Notes: generated by a model from the letters alone, not told the origin. DNA of 64,000 nt from Parcubacteria group bacterium (GCA_028286615.1 JAQBRG010000003.1:147406-211405), one strand, 5' to 3'; counted from the first letter of the stretch, positions 10,377 through 18,471 are shown. Made by a program: numbers and translations.

Positions 10377-10453
10377 GGCCTGGTGGCGAAGTAGATTAAC
10401 GCGATGGATTGCAAACCCATTATGCGCGGGTGCGATTCCCGCCCAGGCCTCCA
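10377..10453 (+). tRNA. tRNA-Cys (GCA)
   Basis: Hand-folded cloverleaf: acceptor GGCCTGG/CCAGGCC, anticodon loop TTGCAAA, T-arm GCGGG-TGCGATT-CCCGC, 3' CCA encoded. Irregular: 3-bp D stem, A:C at anticodon-stem base, G at position 55. Confidence 0.6.
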
Positions 10454-10498
10454 AATAACGTCTTGATAATTATTTGATCTCCATATGCTTATGCTGGC

Positions 10499-10996
10499 TT
10501 GATGCCAAAGTATAAGTATAAAAACGATCGATGGAGTGAAGAGAATCTGCGCAAAACAGTTGCGGAGTCACTTAGCATTCGTGAGTGTCTAGAAAAATTG
10601 GGTCTATTTCCTGGAGGTGGAAACTATAGTCAGTATCATTTTCATATCAATAAATACGACATAGATACTTCTCATTACACTGGGCAGGGTTGGCGTAAGA
10701 ATAGAAGAGTGCCTAAAGAACCTTTATACAGTACAGAAGAATTATTTATTGCCGGTGTCCCACGTTCTCGGAGGAATCTCAAGAGGAGATTATACGGAGA
10801 AGGTTTCAAACTACCTAAGTGCGAAGAGTGCGGATGGGCTGAAGTAAGCCCAGACGGCCGCTTGCCTTTGGAGCTTGATCACATAAATGGAGACAATATG
10901 GATAACAGGATAGAGAACCTTCGTATCCTGTGCCCAAACTGTCATAGTTTGAAACCTACCCACAGAGGCAGTAACATGGGCAGAAGGCCGGGGTGA
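10499..10996 (+). CDS. HNH endonuclease (homing-endonuclease-like), AT-rich
   Basis: C-terminal HNH motif CEECGW...LELDHINGDNMDNRIENLRILCPNCHS. AT-rich codon usage. Sits between two tRNA genes, and its stop codon lies inside the 5' acceptor stem of tRNA-Leu. Confidence 0.8.
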   Translation: MMPKYKYKNDRWSEENLRKTVAESLSIRECLEKLGLFPGGGNYSQYHFHINKYDIDTSHYTGQGWRKNRRVPKEPLYSTEELFIAGVPRSRRNLKRRLYGEGFKLPKCEECGWAEVSPDGRLPLELDHINGDNMDNRIENLRILCPNCHSLKPTHRGSNMGRRPG

Positions 10997-11074
10997 TGAA
11001 ATTGGTTAGACATTACAGACTTAAACTCTGTCGGTAGCAATACCATGCGGGTTCGAGTCCCGCCCCCGGCACCA
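10987..11074 (+). tRNA. tRNA-Leu (TAA), type II with long variable arm
   Basis: Acceptor GCCGGGG/CCCCGGC, anticodon stem ACAGA/TCTGT with loop CTTAAAC, variable arm ~15 nt, T-arm GCGGG-TTCGAGT-CCCGC, CCA encoded. The alr ATG overlaps the terminal A. Confidence 0.8.
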
Positions 11075-12231
11075 TGGAATTTTTAAATAAACTTCGTGCT
11101 TTCAAGAACAGGTTCTCGCACTACAGCCCACTAGTAGAGGTTGGAATTTCCCGTGCGAATCTTCTGCACAATCTCCACACCTACCAGGAGTCTTATCCAA
11201 ATCTTAAGTTCGCACCGGTACTTAAAAGCAACGCATACGGACATGACTTAGGTCTTGTGGCTCGCCTACTTGATAAAGAGGACATCGCCTTTTTTATGGT
11301 GGACTCGTTCTATGAGGCACGAAGATTGAGAGGCGCGGGAGTACGCTCTCGTATTCTTGTTATGGGCTACGTGCGTCCAGAAGATATAGTTCGCACTTCT
11401 GTTACAAACGTAGACTTTGCTATAACTGACCTAACACAACTCAAAGAGGTCTCCACTCTTCTTACGCACCCAACACGTATACACCTCAAGCTCGATACTG
11501 GGATGCATCGCCAGGGCATAACTCCGGAAGACCTGGCTGAGGCTATTAGCTTAATAAAGCAGAATTCAAACCTAGAGCTTGTTGGTATCTGTTCTCATTT
11601 TGCAGACGCTGATACAGACAATTCTCCTCATGCCCGTATGCAGGTTAAACGCTTCCAGGAAGCTTCTCTAGTGCTGTCTGAGGCATTTCCTCATATCGAG
11701 TACAAACACCTCGCAGCAACCAAGGGAGTGCGGTATGCAGAGGAAGCAGGAACGAACGTGGCCCGTCCCGGTATCGGTCTCTATGGTTTTGATACTTCCC
11801 CCTCGCATAGCACGCCTCTTAAGCCAGTTCTTGAGCTTCGAGCGATTATTGGGTCTGTACGCACAGTGTCTCCTGGAGAGACGGTTGGATACAACGCGAC
11901 ACACGAGGTTACAAAGGAGTCTCGCATAGCAACTATCCCAGCTGGATACTTTGAAGGCGTAGACCGAAGACTGTCTGGAAAAGGCGTGGTGCTAGTTCGA
12001 GGAGTTGTTTGTCCTATTGTTGGGCGGGTATCCATGAACATGATTAGTGTAGACGTTACGGGCGTTCCTGAGGCAGCTCCAGGAGACTCTGTAGTCCTCA
12101 TCAGCCGCAACCCAGAGGATTTGAATAGCATTCCTCACATTGCCGAAGCCGTAAGCACCCCAGAGTACCGGGAGAGCGAGTACGTCCTTCTCACTCACAT
12201 TCCCCAGCATCTGAGACGTGTGGCTGAATAA
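11074..12231 (+). CDS. alr: alanine racemase
   Basis: PLP-lysine motif VLKSNAYGHD. 385 aa, typical Alr length and C-terminal domain. Confidence 0.9.
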   Translation: MEFLNKLRAFKNRFSHYSPLVEVGISRANLLHNLHTYQESYPNLKFAPVLKSNAYGHDLGLVARLLDKEDIAFFMVDSFYEARRLRGAGVRSRILVMGYVRPEDIVRTSVTNVDFAITDLTQLKEVSTLLTHPTRIHLKLDTGMHRQGITPEDLAEAISLIKQNSNLELVGICSHFADADTDNSPHARMQVKRFQEASLVLSEAFPHIEYKHLAATKGVRYAEEAGTNVARPGIGLYGFDTSPSHSTPLKPVLELRAIIGSVRTVSPGETVGYNATHEVTKESRIATIPAGYFEGVDRRLSGKGVVLVRGVVCPIVGRVSMNMISVDVTGVPEAAPGDSVVLISRNPEDLNSIPHIAEAVSTPEYRESEYVLLTHIPQHLRRVAE

Positions 12232-12232
12232 G

Positions 12233-12262
12233 AAAAAGAGGATTCCAAGAATCCTCTTTTTC
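12233..12262 (+). terminator. rho-independent terminator after alr
   Basis: AAAAAGAGGATTC-CAAG-AATCCTCTTTTTC hairpin plus T-run. Confidence 0.75.
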
Positions 12263-12279
12263 TAGTATGGTATGTCTTG

Positions 12280-12352
12280 TCCGCCTGCCTGGATTCGAAC
12301 CAGGGACCATCTCCTTAAGAGGGAGTTGCTCTACCAACTGAGCTACAGGCGG
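12280..12352 (-). tRNA. tRNA-Lys (CTT)
   Basis: Minus strand: acceptor CCGCCTG/CAGGCGG, D-arm GCTC-AGTTGGTA-GAGC, anticodon loop CTCTTAA, T-arm CCTGG-TTCGAAT-CCAGG. Confidence 0.75.
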
Positions 12353-12400
12353 GTTAAGATGAATCCTAGCACAAGGAGTTAGTTTGGTTCAATAGGAAAT

Positions 12401-12481
12401 GCTGGAGTGGCGAAATGGTATACGCGCTTGCCTTAGGAGCAGGTCCCTTCGGGGGTGGAGGTTCAAGTCCTCTCTCCAGCA
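12401..12481 (+). tRNA. tRNA-Leu (TAG), type II
   Basis: Acceptor GCTGGAG/CTCCAGC, anticodon stem CTTGC/GCAGG with loop CTTAGGA, long variable arm CCC-TTCG-GGG, T-loop TTCAAGT. Confidence 0.75.
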
Positions 12482-12564
12482 CACTTGACAATACTTGGTA
12501 TTGTGTGATATATTTTAAAGTGGAAGACATTGCTATTTGATGTCCAAATGAAAGGTTCAATCTC

Positions 12565-13680
12565 ATGGCCACCGTGCCTCACAGTACTGCGACTAAAGTG
12601 CGGATCGAGATTTATTGGATCACGGTCGCCCTCGTCACCCTCCTGCCGCTCGCTAGCCTGTCTCTGCCAACTCTTCTGATGGGCGTTCGGTTTACTGTCG
12701 TGCACTGGGCCTTCACGGTTCTGCTCGCGGCATACTACCTGACGTCAATCATGTTCGTTCAAACGAATGAACGAGGAGGTATCACAGTCCTCGAAAAGCC
12801 GGCACGAGAAGTTGGGCCGGGAATGTATTTCGTGCCCCGCTTCCTGATGGAACTCTTTACGATTCCAATCTCGACTCAGCAGGATCAATTCCCTGCTGAT
12901 CCGGAGCTCATCTCTAAAAGGCCGGATGAATTTGGCCTGAAAGAAAACGAGCTTCGTCCAATTCGTGCTACCACTGCTGCCGGAAGAATCGTTCCAGGTG
13001 ATGATCTTCAGAACGAAGACCCCCTTAACACGCGACTCACGCTTGAGCTCACCTACAGCATTCGCTGGAGACTCCGCGAAAAAGGATTCTTCGATATGTA
13101 TGTTTCTATCCCAGGCAGAACCTGGGACGACATGCGTACGGAAATCCGTCGGCAGATGCGCGATACGTCAGAATCTGAACTCGTTGAAGAAGTCAGTAAG
13201 CGGACGCCGTTCGAAGTGAACGGCGACATTCAGGTTCTTAACGCGGAGCTTGAACGCGAGGTCCAAACTGGAGTTTCTGATTGGGGTATCGATATCCTCG
13301 AGGCCCGACTGCAAACTCCGGATTTCTCGCACGACGTCAGCAAGGCTCTCTCCAACATTGCCACCAACCGCGCCGAAGCACAGGCAACTGCTGCTAAGGC
13401 GCAAGGTGAGCAACAACGTCTGATCCTTGAAGGCGAGGGTCAGGCTCAAGCCCGCGAAAGGCTGGCAACCGCTCGACAAGCTGAAATCGCCGCAGAAGGC
13501 AAAGGCCTCAAAGAAGCAGCTGATGCTTTGGAAATGCCCGGCGCCGACTACTACGCGGGCGAGATCGTCAAAACCGCTGTCGGTGAAGGTGACCTGATCA
13601 TCGGCACTGACGGCATATCCCAAATCGCCGGCCTCGGAAAATATATCTTCAAAGGCAAAAACGGAAAGGACAACACCTGA
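12565..13680 (+). CDS. SPFH/band-7 (stomatin/prohibitin/flotillin/HflKC family) membrane protein, GC-rich
   Basis: N-terminal TMs, SPFH core (VLEKPAREVGPGMYFVPRF...TQQDQF) and C-terminal Ala/Gln/Glu-rich coiled-coil. Visibly GC-richer than flanking core genes. Confidence 0.8.
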   Translation: MATVPHSTATKVRIEIYWITVALVTLLPLASLSLPTLLMGVRFTVVHWAFTVLLAAYYLTSIMFVQTNERGGITVLEKPAREVGPGMYFVPRFLMELFTIPISTQQDQFPADPELISKRPDEFGLKENELRPIRATTAAGRIVPGDDLQNEDPLNTRLTLELTYSIRWRLREKGFFDMYVSIPGRTWDDMRTEIRRQMRDTSESELVEEVSKRTPFEVNGDIQVLNAELEREVQTGVSDWGIDILEARLQTPDFSHDVSKALSNIATNRAEAQATAAKAQGEQQRLILEGEGQAQARERLATARQAEIAAEGKGLKEAADALEMPGADYYAGEIVKTAVGEGDLIIGTDGISQIAGLGKYIFKGKNGKDNT

Positions 13681-14483
13681 TGAGCATAAATGGCTCAGTG
13701 GTTGGTACGGTTGTCATCGTTCTCATCTGCATCGTTGCAGCGGGCGCGCTGATTCTAACCAGATGGAGGCCCGCACGGGGTATCCGTCTGCCGCGTATCA
13801 ACTTCAGGGGAATGTTTGGTGGCGGAGGCGGGCATGCGCCCGCAGCTGCTGCTCACGCCCCTGCCGCGCATGGTCATGGTGGACACGCGCCTTCTCCAGG
13901 CAACTGGGGTATGGTCGCCGTCCTCCTAGGCCTTGCGATACTGCTCGCCGCAATCGGTATCCTTTCGGGGAGATCGCCTTCCGTCGAGTCTATCGGCACC
14001 GTGGTCAAGAACGGCTGGTTCTGGATCCTACTTTCTTTCATCGTCCTGTTCGTGACCGCCTCGCTGATGCCCTCGGGCAAAGGTACGGCTTACACGCTCC
14101 TGGCGGTGATTGGGTTTCTCCTGCTTCTCGCCGCGGGAAGCACCGTGCAGGTGGCCGTTTCAGATACACAATCTGAGCATGCCGCACAGCAGACTGAACC
14201 TCCCATGAGCGATGCGTCGACCATGGGCCTGCATTGCCAAGGCGAAGGCGTACCTCTCAAGGAACTCGTTCCTGGAGAAGCTATCACCGTCTATCTGCCG
14301 GACTTTAAGGGAATTGAAAACTTCCCGAACGTCCGTAGCGGCCTCATCAGTCTTTGTTCCTTCAGTGACGAGACTCTGTGCGCAAGCCCAGATAACCCGC
14401 TGAAGCTCAGTTCTGAGCTCAGGGCCGTTAAGAATATTTCGGACCACAACATCAAGTATTCCTGCACCTATCATCCGTCGTAA
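13680..14483 (+). CDS. membrane protein with Gly/His/Ala-rich low-complexity linker and C-terminal soluble domain (possibly NfeD-like partner of the SPFH protein)
   Basis: ATG overlaps the upstream TGA (TGATG coupling). Several TM helices. GGGGGHAPAAAAHAPAAHGHGGHAPSPG tract. The NfeD assignment is inferred only from the common SPFH-NfeD operon arrangement. Confidence 0.5.
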   Translation: MSINGSVVGTVVIVLICIVAAGALILTRWRPARGIRLPRINFRGMFGGGGGHAPAAAAHAPAAHGHGGHAPSPGNWGMVAVLLGLAILLAAIGILSGRSPSVESIGTVVKNGWFWILLSFIVLFVTASLMPSGKGTAYTLLAVIGFLLLLAAGSTVQVAVSDTQSEHAAQQTEPPMSDASTMGLHCQGEGVPLKELVPGEAITVYLPDFKGIENFPNVRSGLISLCSFSDETLCASPDNPLKLSSELRAVKNISDHNIKYSCTYHPS

Positions 14484-14504
14484 GTACGCCGGACCAAAAC
14501 AAGA

Positions 14505-14542
14505 GTCGCCCCTGTCTTCGGACACGGGCGACTTTCTTTTAT
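14505..14542. terminator. bidirectional rho-independent terminator
   Basis: GTCGCCCCTGTC-TTCG-GACACGGGCGAC with T-runs on both strands. Closes the SPFH operon and the minus-strand pilin-like array. Confidence 0.75.
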
Positions 14543-14802
14543 CCAGCACCAACCGTAGCTTTCATAATCGCGATAATAGAGTTGGCAGCAAATATAATAG
14601 CGAGCCCCACAAGTCCCCAGATCATGTGCATCTTTCCATCGCTTCGTTTCTCTTCGTCTGCTGAGTTAGCAACGAACTGAAAGATTCCCCACAAGAACAG
14701 CACGAACGCTGCGAGACTAATAAGCGTAATAATCGGATAGAGGATAGCGTTCGAGAACTTCTCAATCATAGGAGAGAGTATGCTTGTGGTTGCTTGATTC
14801 AT
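14539..14802 (-). CDS. pilin-like small 2-TM protein, paralog A (no signal peptide)
   Basis: Shares the conserved helix-[S/A]DEEK..GK-helix module with the next four genes. Confidence 0.6.
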   Translation of the reverse strand: MNQATTSILSPMIEKFSNAILYPIITLISLAAFVLFLWGIFQFVANSADEEKRSDGKMHMIWGLVGLAIIFAANSIIAIMKATVGAG

Positions 14803-14865
14803 TCCCTAATACTAACAGAACCCCGCGCCAAGAGCGCGGGGTTCTGCGTGGAGAAATCTAACGTG

Positions 14866-15228
14866 CTAGCGAGTTGTTGGTGCTACAGGAAGCTCGCTTC
14901 CGCGTGGACTGTTGTTATCAAGCTTAACGGTTCCGGTAAGGATGTTAACGAGTCCCCAAACAGATGCCATAACGAAGAATCCAATAAGGCCGTAGAGCAT
15001 GAGGCTCTTTCCCTTGCCCTGCTTCTCTTCGTCAGAAGCTCCTGCAATGAAGTAGAGGAATACTCCCCAAATAAACACGATGAATGCGAGTGCGAATACG
15101 AGAGGCACTGCAACCGTGTTAATGAGGTTGATAACAAAAGCCGCGAGGCTTTGAACGCTAGTAACCGTCTGCGCGGACGCAAGAGCGGGGAAAAGGAGTG
15201 CAGCACCGATGTAACCAATTTTCTTCAT
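14866..15228 (-). CDS. pilin-like small 2-TM protein, paralog B (signal peptide ...ALASA|QT)
   Basis: Conserved module FALAFIVFIWGVFLYFIAGASDEEKQGKGKSLMLYGLIGFFVMASVWGLVNIL. Confidence 0.65.
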   Translation of the reverse strand: MKKIGYIGAALLFPALASAQTVTSVQSLAAFVINLINTVAVPLVFALAFIVFIWGVFLYFIAGASDEEKQGKGKSLMLYGLIGFFVMASVWGLVNILTGTVKLDNNSPRGSELPVAPTTR

Positions 15229-15314
15229 AGTAATGATAGGTAGTAAGTACTTCTTTAGAATAGACCGGAATGGAAACGCGTCAATAGACCTCTAGCGACT
15301 ATGGGGAAAAGATT

Positions 15315-15764
15315 TTACCCCTCCGCGTAGTCGAAATCAGAGGTACAAGGTGCTCCATCAAATGTTGGGATGCAGGGACGATTCTGTGAACCGAACCCGA
15401 ATGTGTTAACGAGCAAGTTAACAAGTCCCCATAGAGAAATCATAACGGCAAATCCGATGATACCGAATGTGATGAACTTAACGCCGTCTGCACGCTTCTC
15501 TTCGTTAGCAGCACCTGCGATGAAATAATTGAAAACTCCGAAAAGGAAGACAATGAATGCAACCGCAAAGATTAATGGAACGAGTACGCGGTTAAGGAAC
15601 GATACAAAGGAGGTGATGAGCGAACTTACGTTCGTTGCATCAATCTTTTGCGCGAACGTAACAAGCGGCATGGAGACAAGGAGTGCGAGTGCGCCTAAGC
15701 GGTAGAAGTTCTTCATATAAGGACAGACTAGCAGGGATATGGTCTTGAACAAGCTGTTATGCAC
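15315..15764 (-). CDS. pilin-like small 2-TM protein, paralog C (true start probably internal Met at about 15716)
   Basis: Module FAVAFIVFLFGVFNYFIAGAANEEKRADGVKFITFGIIGFAVMISLWGLVNLL. Signal peptide LALLVSMPLVTFA|QK. Overlaps paralog D by 8 nt. Confidence 0.65.
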   Translation of the reverse strand: MHNSLFKTISLLVCPYMKNFYRLGALALLVSMPLVTFAQKIDATNVSSLITSFVSFLNRVLVPLIFAVAFIVFLFGVFNYFIAGAANEEKRADGVKFITFGIIGFAVMISLWGLVNLLVNTFGFGSQNRPCIPTFDGAPCTSDFDYAEG

Positions 15765-16236
15765 CTGAGCCGGCTACTGCACCCGCAAAACTGCTTACCA
15801 GGAGGTTCACAAGCCCCCAGACCGAGAACATCACGAAGAACGCGATAACCCCCCAAAGCATCAGATTCTTGCCCTTTGCGCGACCCTCCTCGCTTTGATC
15901 CAAGAAGAAGAATTGCACCATACCGATTAAGAAGGCTATAAATGTAAGCGCGTATATGAGCGGGACGACGCTGTTACTTACGAAAGGCACTATCACTTTG
16001 TATACCAAGCGTGCAAAAGTATTATTTACCTTTCCTGTTGAAACCACCTCGCTAACCTCGCAGTTATTGTTAAAACTACAATCGCTTACGCAGCGATAGC
16101 CGCCTTCATAAAAACGACAAGAGGTGCCATCAGGACAAGCACTTACGCACGTCTCAGCTGCTTGAACACTTGGTAGGTTCGGAAAGGCGAAAACACCCAG
16201 AAGGAGTATCGATAGACCAAAAAAACGCAGACTCAT
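15757..16236 (-). CDS. pilin-like small 2-TM protein, paralog D with Cys-rich insert
   Basis: Signal peptide, then CVSACPDGTSCRFYEGGYRCVSDCSFNNNC, then the conserved module. Overlaps paralog E by 4 nt. Confidence 0.65.
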   Translation of the reverse strand: MSLRFFGLSILLLGVFAFPNLPSVQAAETCVSACPDGTSCRFYEGGYRCVSDCSFNNNCEVSEVVSTGKVNNTFARLVYKVIVPFVSNSVVPLIYALTFIAFLIGMVQFFFLDQSEEGRAKGKNLMLWGVIAFFVMFSVWGLVNLLVSSFAGAVAGSGA

Positions 16237-16622
16237 AGAGTATTTGCTGTTGCTTGGATAACAGCACTAATCGCCTGGGCTCCAAGGAGAATAAGTCCGC
16301 CGATAACAGTCCAGATGAGCATGGAACGTGCATTCTTAAGCTCTTCCGCATTTCCCTGCGCGAGCACGAATTTAAACCCGGTGTATACCAGCATAAGTAC
16401 TAGGACAATAGTACCTATCTCAATAACCGCGCTCAGAATAACGTTCAACAAGTCGTTGAGATTATTAATATTCTTAAGCGGATTCTGTAAACCTGTTGAT
16501 GGTCCAGGATTAACCGAGTCAATCTCTTTATTTCCTGGATTCACTGAGTCCACCTCAGCTGCAGCGAAGAAAGGTACTGAGAATGTAGTTGCCAGAAGAA
16601 AGATAAATAGAATTCGATACAT
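16233..16622 (-). CDS. pilin-like small 2-TM protein, paralog E (divergent; start taken at internal Met MYRILFIF)
   Basis: Signal peptide, tandem EVDSVNPGNK/EIDSVNPGPS repeat, divergent version of the 2-helix module. ATG lies 5 nt after the stop of the upstream SBP-like gene. Confidence 0.55.
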   Translation of the reverse strand: MYRILFIFLLATTFSVPFFAAAEVDSVNPGNKEIDSVNPGPSTGLQNPLKNINNLNDLLNVILSAVIEIGTIVLVLMLVYTGFKFVLAQGNAEELKNARSMLIWTVIGGLILLGAQAISAVIQATANTL

Positions 16623-16626
16623 AGTG

Positions 16627-17934
16627 TTAGTGGAGTGCGGCATCAATACTTTCGCTTGCGGACAGCAGCGCCTCATGCACTTGCTGGCGTCCGCTCGTTA
16701 TGTTTCCAATCATAGCAGCGAAGACACTATCGGTTTGTGGAGGTGCTGGGGACAGCCACACCTTTGCAACCAGCACTTCTGGATAAAAGACCGGTTCATA
16801 AAGATCGTCTAGCGAAGGCGTGAGCGCTGAGCGAAGAGCAGGAGCCATGCCAAGCGCACGAGCAACACCAGGAGCGATTGCTTTTCCAGTTAGTCCTGAG
16901 GCAACACGATACGCGCCGGTTGCATTTCGAGCAGTCTTTGGAATTACAAAAGCGTACACGCGTCCATACGTAGTGCGTGTGGCTGCGGTTGAAGGTTGTG
17001 GCACTACGCTCATATCAAAATCAAGATTCGGGTTCGCAGCTTTGAGTGAGTTGCGTTCTGATGCGTAGCCGAAGTAGAGCGCCAGGTCTCCTGAGAGAAA
17101 GGCTTGTCTCGCATCTGGGAGCGAACGATTCCAGGAATACACGGTTTTTGCAGGATTAGAAAACTCAGTATAGAAGCGAATAGCTGATTCGCTTCCACTG
17201 GTGCCGAAGTTTCCGTCTGTTTGTTTTGAGAGGGTTGAATACACTCCTCCTCCAGCGTCTCTGCTTGTTATGGCAGCTCCAGCTTGAAGAAGAAGGAGCG
17301 AGAGGATAGCCCGAGAGTTCCCTCCGTTCTCATAACTTCCAAACGAAACGAGACTGCGCGTTATGGTCTGGCCATTCGTTTGCTGCACGATACGAGGTGC
17401 AAGACCCATAACCGCTTCCCAGGTCTGAGGAGGCTCAGCAACACCGCTGGCAGACAATATAGAGCGGTTGTAGTACATAACAAGCGGATCAATAGCGAAT
17501 GGAATGCCGTAGCTTCCCGCACTGGTTAGATATATTTCTGAAACCGGAAGGAAAGAATCCTTGAAGGTACGTTCTGAGATGGTGGAGAGCGGTATGGGAG
17601 AAAGCTTGTTCTCTTCTTGAGCTAACTGCTCTTGCGATATAAGAAGGAGGTCGGGACCGTTGCCTGAAGCAATGGCATCTGCAACCTCCCCATCGAAGTT
17701 CGAGATTGATTTCTCTACGTACGAAACGGTTGCATATTCCTGATGGTCACGTCTGAGTTCGCTTAGTTGTACTTGGAGCACTTCTTCTGGAAGCGTTCCC
17801 CAAATAGTAACGGCACCTAGTGGCTTTACGCTTGTACCGAAACCTTTGAAGGTTGCAAAGAGAACAAGGCCGATAACCGCAAGAAAGCCGAAGACGGAGA
17901 GAAGGATAATCTGAAAGGGTCGTTGGGTTTGCAT
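16627..17934 (-). CDS. membrane-anchored extracellular solute-binding-protein-like protein (SBP family 1-like)
   Basis: N-terminal TM anchor. Body resembles sugar-type periplasmic binding proteins (DLLLISQEQL, GIPFAIDPLVMYYN). No permease or ATPase adjacent. Confidence 0.65.
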   Translation of the reverse strand: MQTQRPFQIILLSVFGFLAVIGLVLFATFKGFGTSVKPLGAVTIWGTLPEEVLQVQLSELRRDHQEYATVSYVEKSISNFDGEVADAIASGNGPDLLLISQEQLAQEENKLSPIPLSTISERTFKDSFLPVSEIYLTSAGSYGIPFAIDPLVMYYNRSILSASGVAEPPQTWEAVMGLAPRIVQQTNGQTITRSLVSFGSYENGGNSRAILSLLLLQAGAAITSRDAGGGVYSTLSKQTDGNFGTSGSESAIRFYTEFSNPAKTVYSWNRSLPDARQAFLSGDLALYFGYASERNSLKAANPNLDFDMSVVPQPSTAATRTTYGRVYAFVIPKTARNATGAYRVASGLTGKAIAPGVARALGMAPALRSALTPSLDDLYEPVFYPEVLVAKVWLSPAPPQTDSVFAAMIGNITSGRQQVHEALLSASESIDAALH

Positions 17935-17940
17935 AGAAAG

Positions 17941-18471
17941 TTACGGAGCTGTAAACACAATACTATAGTGGTGTGGGCCTGCACGGAAATCTTTAACCTT
18001 ATGGAAGCCCCCTGTAATAAAAAGTTCTTCAGCAACATGCTCGGGTACCACGCGATGCGGAAGCGGACCCATACCTCCATATGCTCCTGCCCAATCTATA
18101 ACAAGTAACCGTCCTCCCGGCTTTAAGATGCGTTTGATTTCTGCAATTGCTTCCTGTTGGTGATCAAGTTGAAAGAGCGTGTTCGAAAGAATAACCACAT
18201 CAAGTGCGTGGTCTTTGAGCTTCGTACCTCCTGCTGTCTCGAAGTTCCCCCAAACGGTTTCGATATTCTTGAATCCGCGCTGCTGTGCGAGATCTCGAAT
18301 ATGCTTAAGAATATCTTCTTGGATATCAACGGCATACACGCGTCCCTCGTCTCCAACCATAGCGGCTGCAGCAACAGCGTAGTGTCCAGACCCAGCACCC
18401 AGGTCTCCCACTTTCATACCTTCTTTAAGACCCAGCTGCAGAACATTGCTCTGCGGGTTAGAGAAATTCAT
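17941..18471 (-). CDS. class I SAM-dependent methyltransferase
   Basis: Motif I VGDLGAGSG, motif post-I VYAVDIQED, LLVIDW. Start placed at internal Met because the longer ORF would overlap the upstream gene. Confidence 0.7.
   Translation of the reverse strand: MNFSNPQSNVLQLGLKEGMKVGDLGAGSGHYAVAAAAMVGDEGRVYAVDIQEDILKHIRDLAQQRGFKNIETVWGNFETAGGTKLKDHALDVVILSNTLFQLDHQQEAIAEIKRILKPGGRLLVIDWAGAYGGMGPLPHRVVPEHVAEELFITGGFHKVKDFRAGPHHYSIVFTAP

Noticed and set aside
12366-12705. Minus-strand ORFs 12366-12572 and 12463-12705
   Set aside because: They overlap tRNA-Leu(TAG) and the SPFH gene start. No coding signal.
14543-14550. 8-mer TCCAGCAC matching the tRNA-Leu(TAG) 3' end at the far edge of the SPFH island (possible att remnant)
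   Set aside because: An 8-bp match is near chance expectation in 64 kb. Only mentioned as a weak hint.
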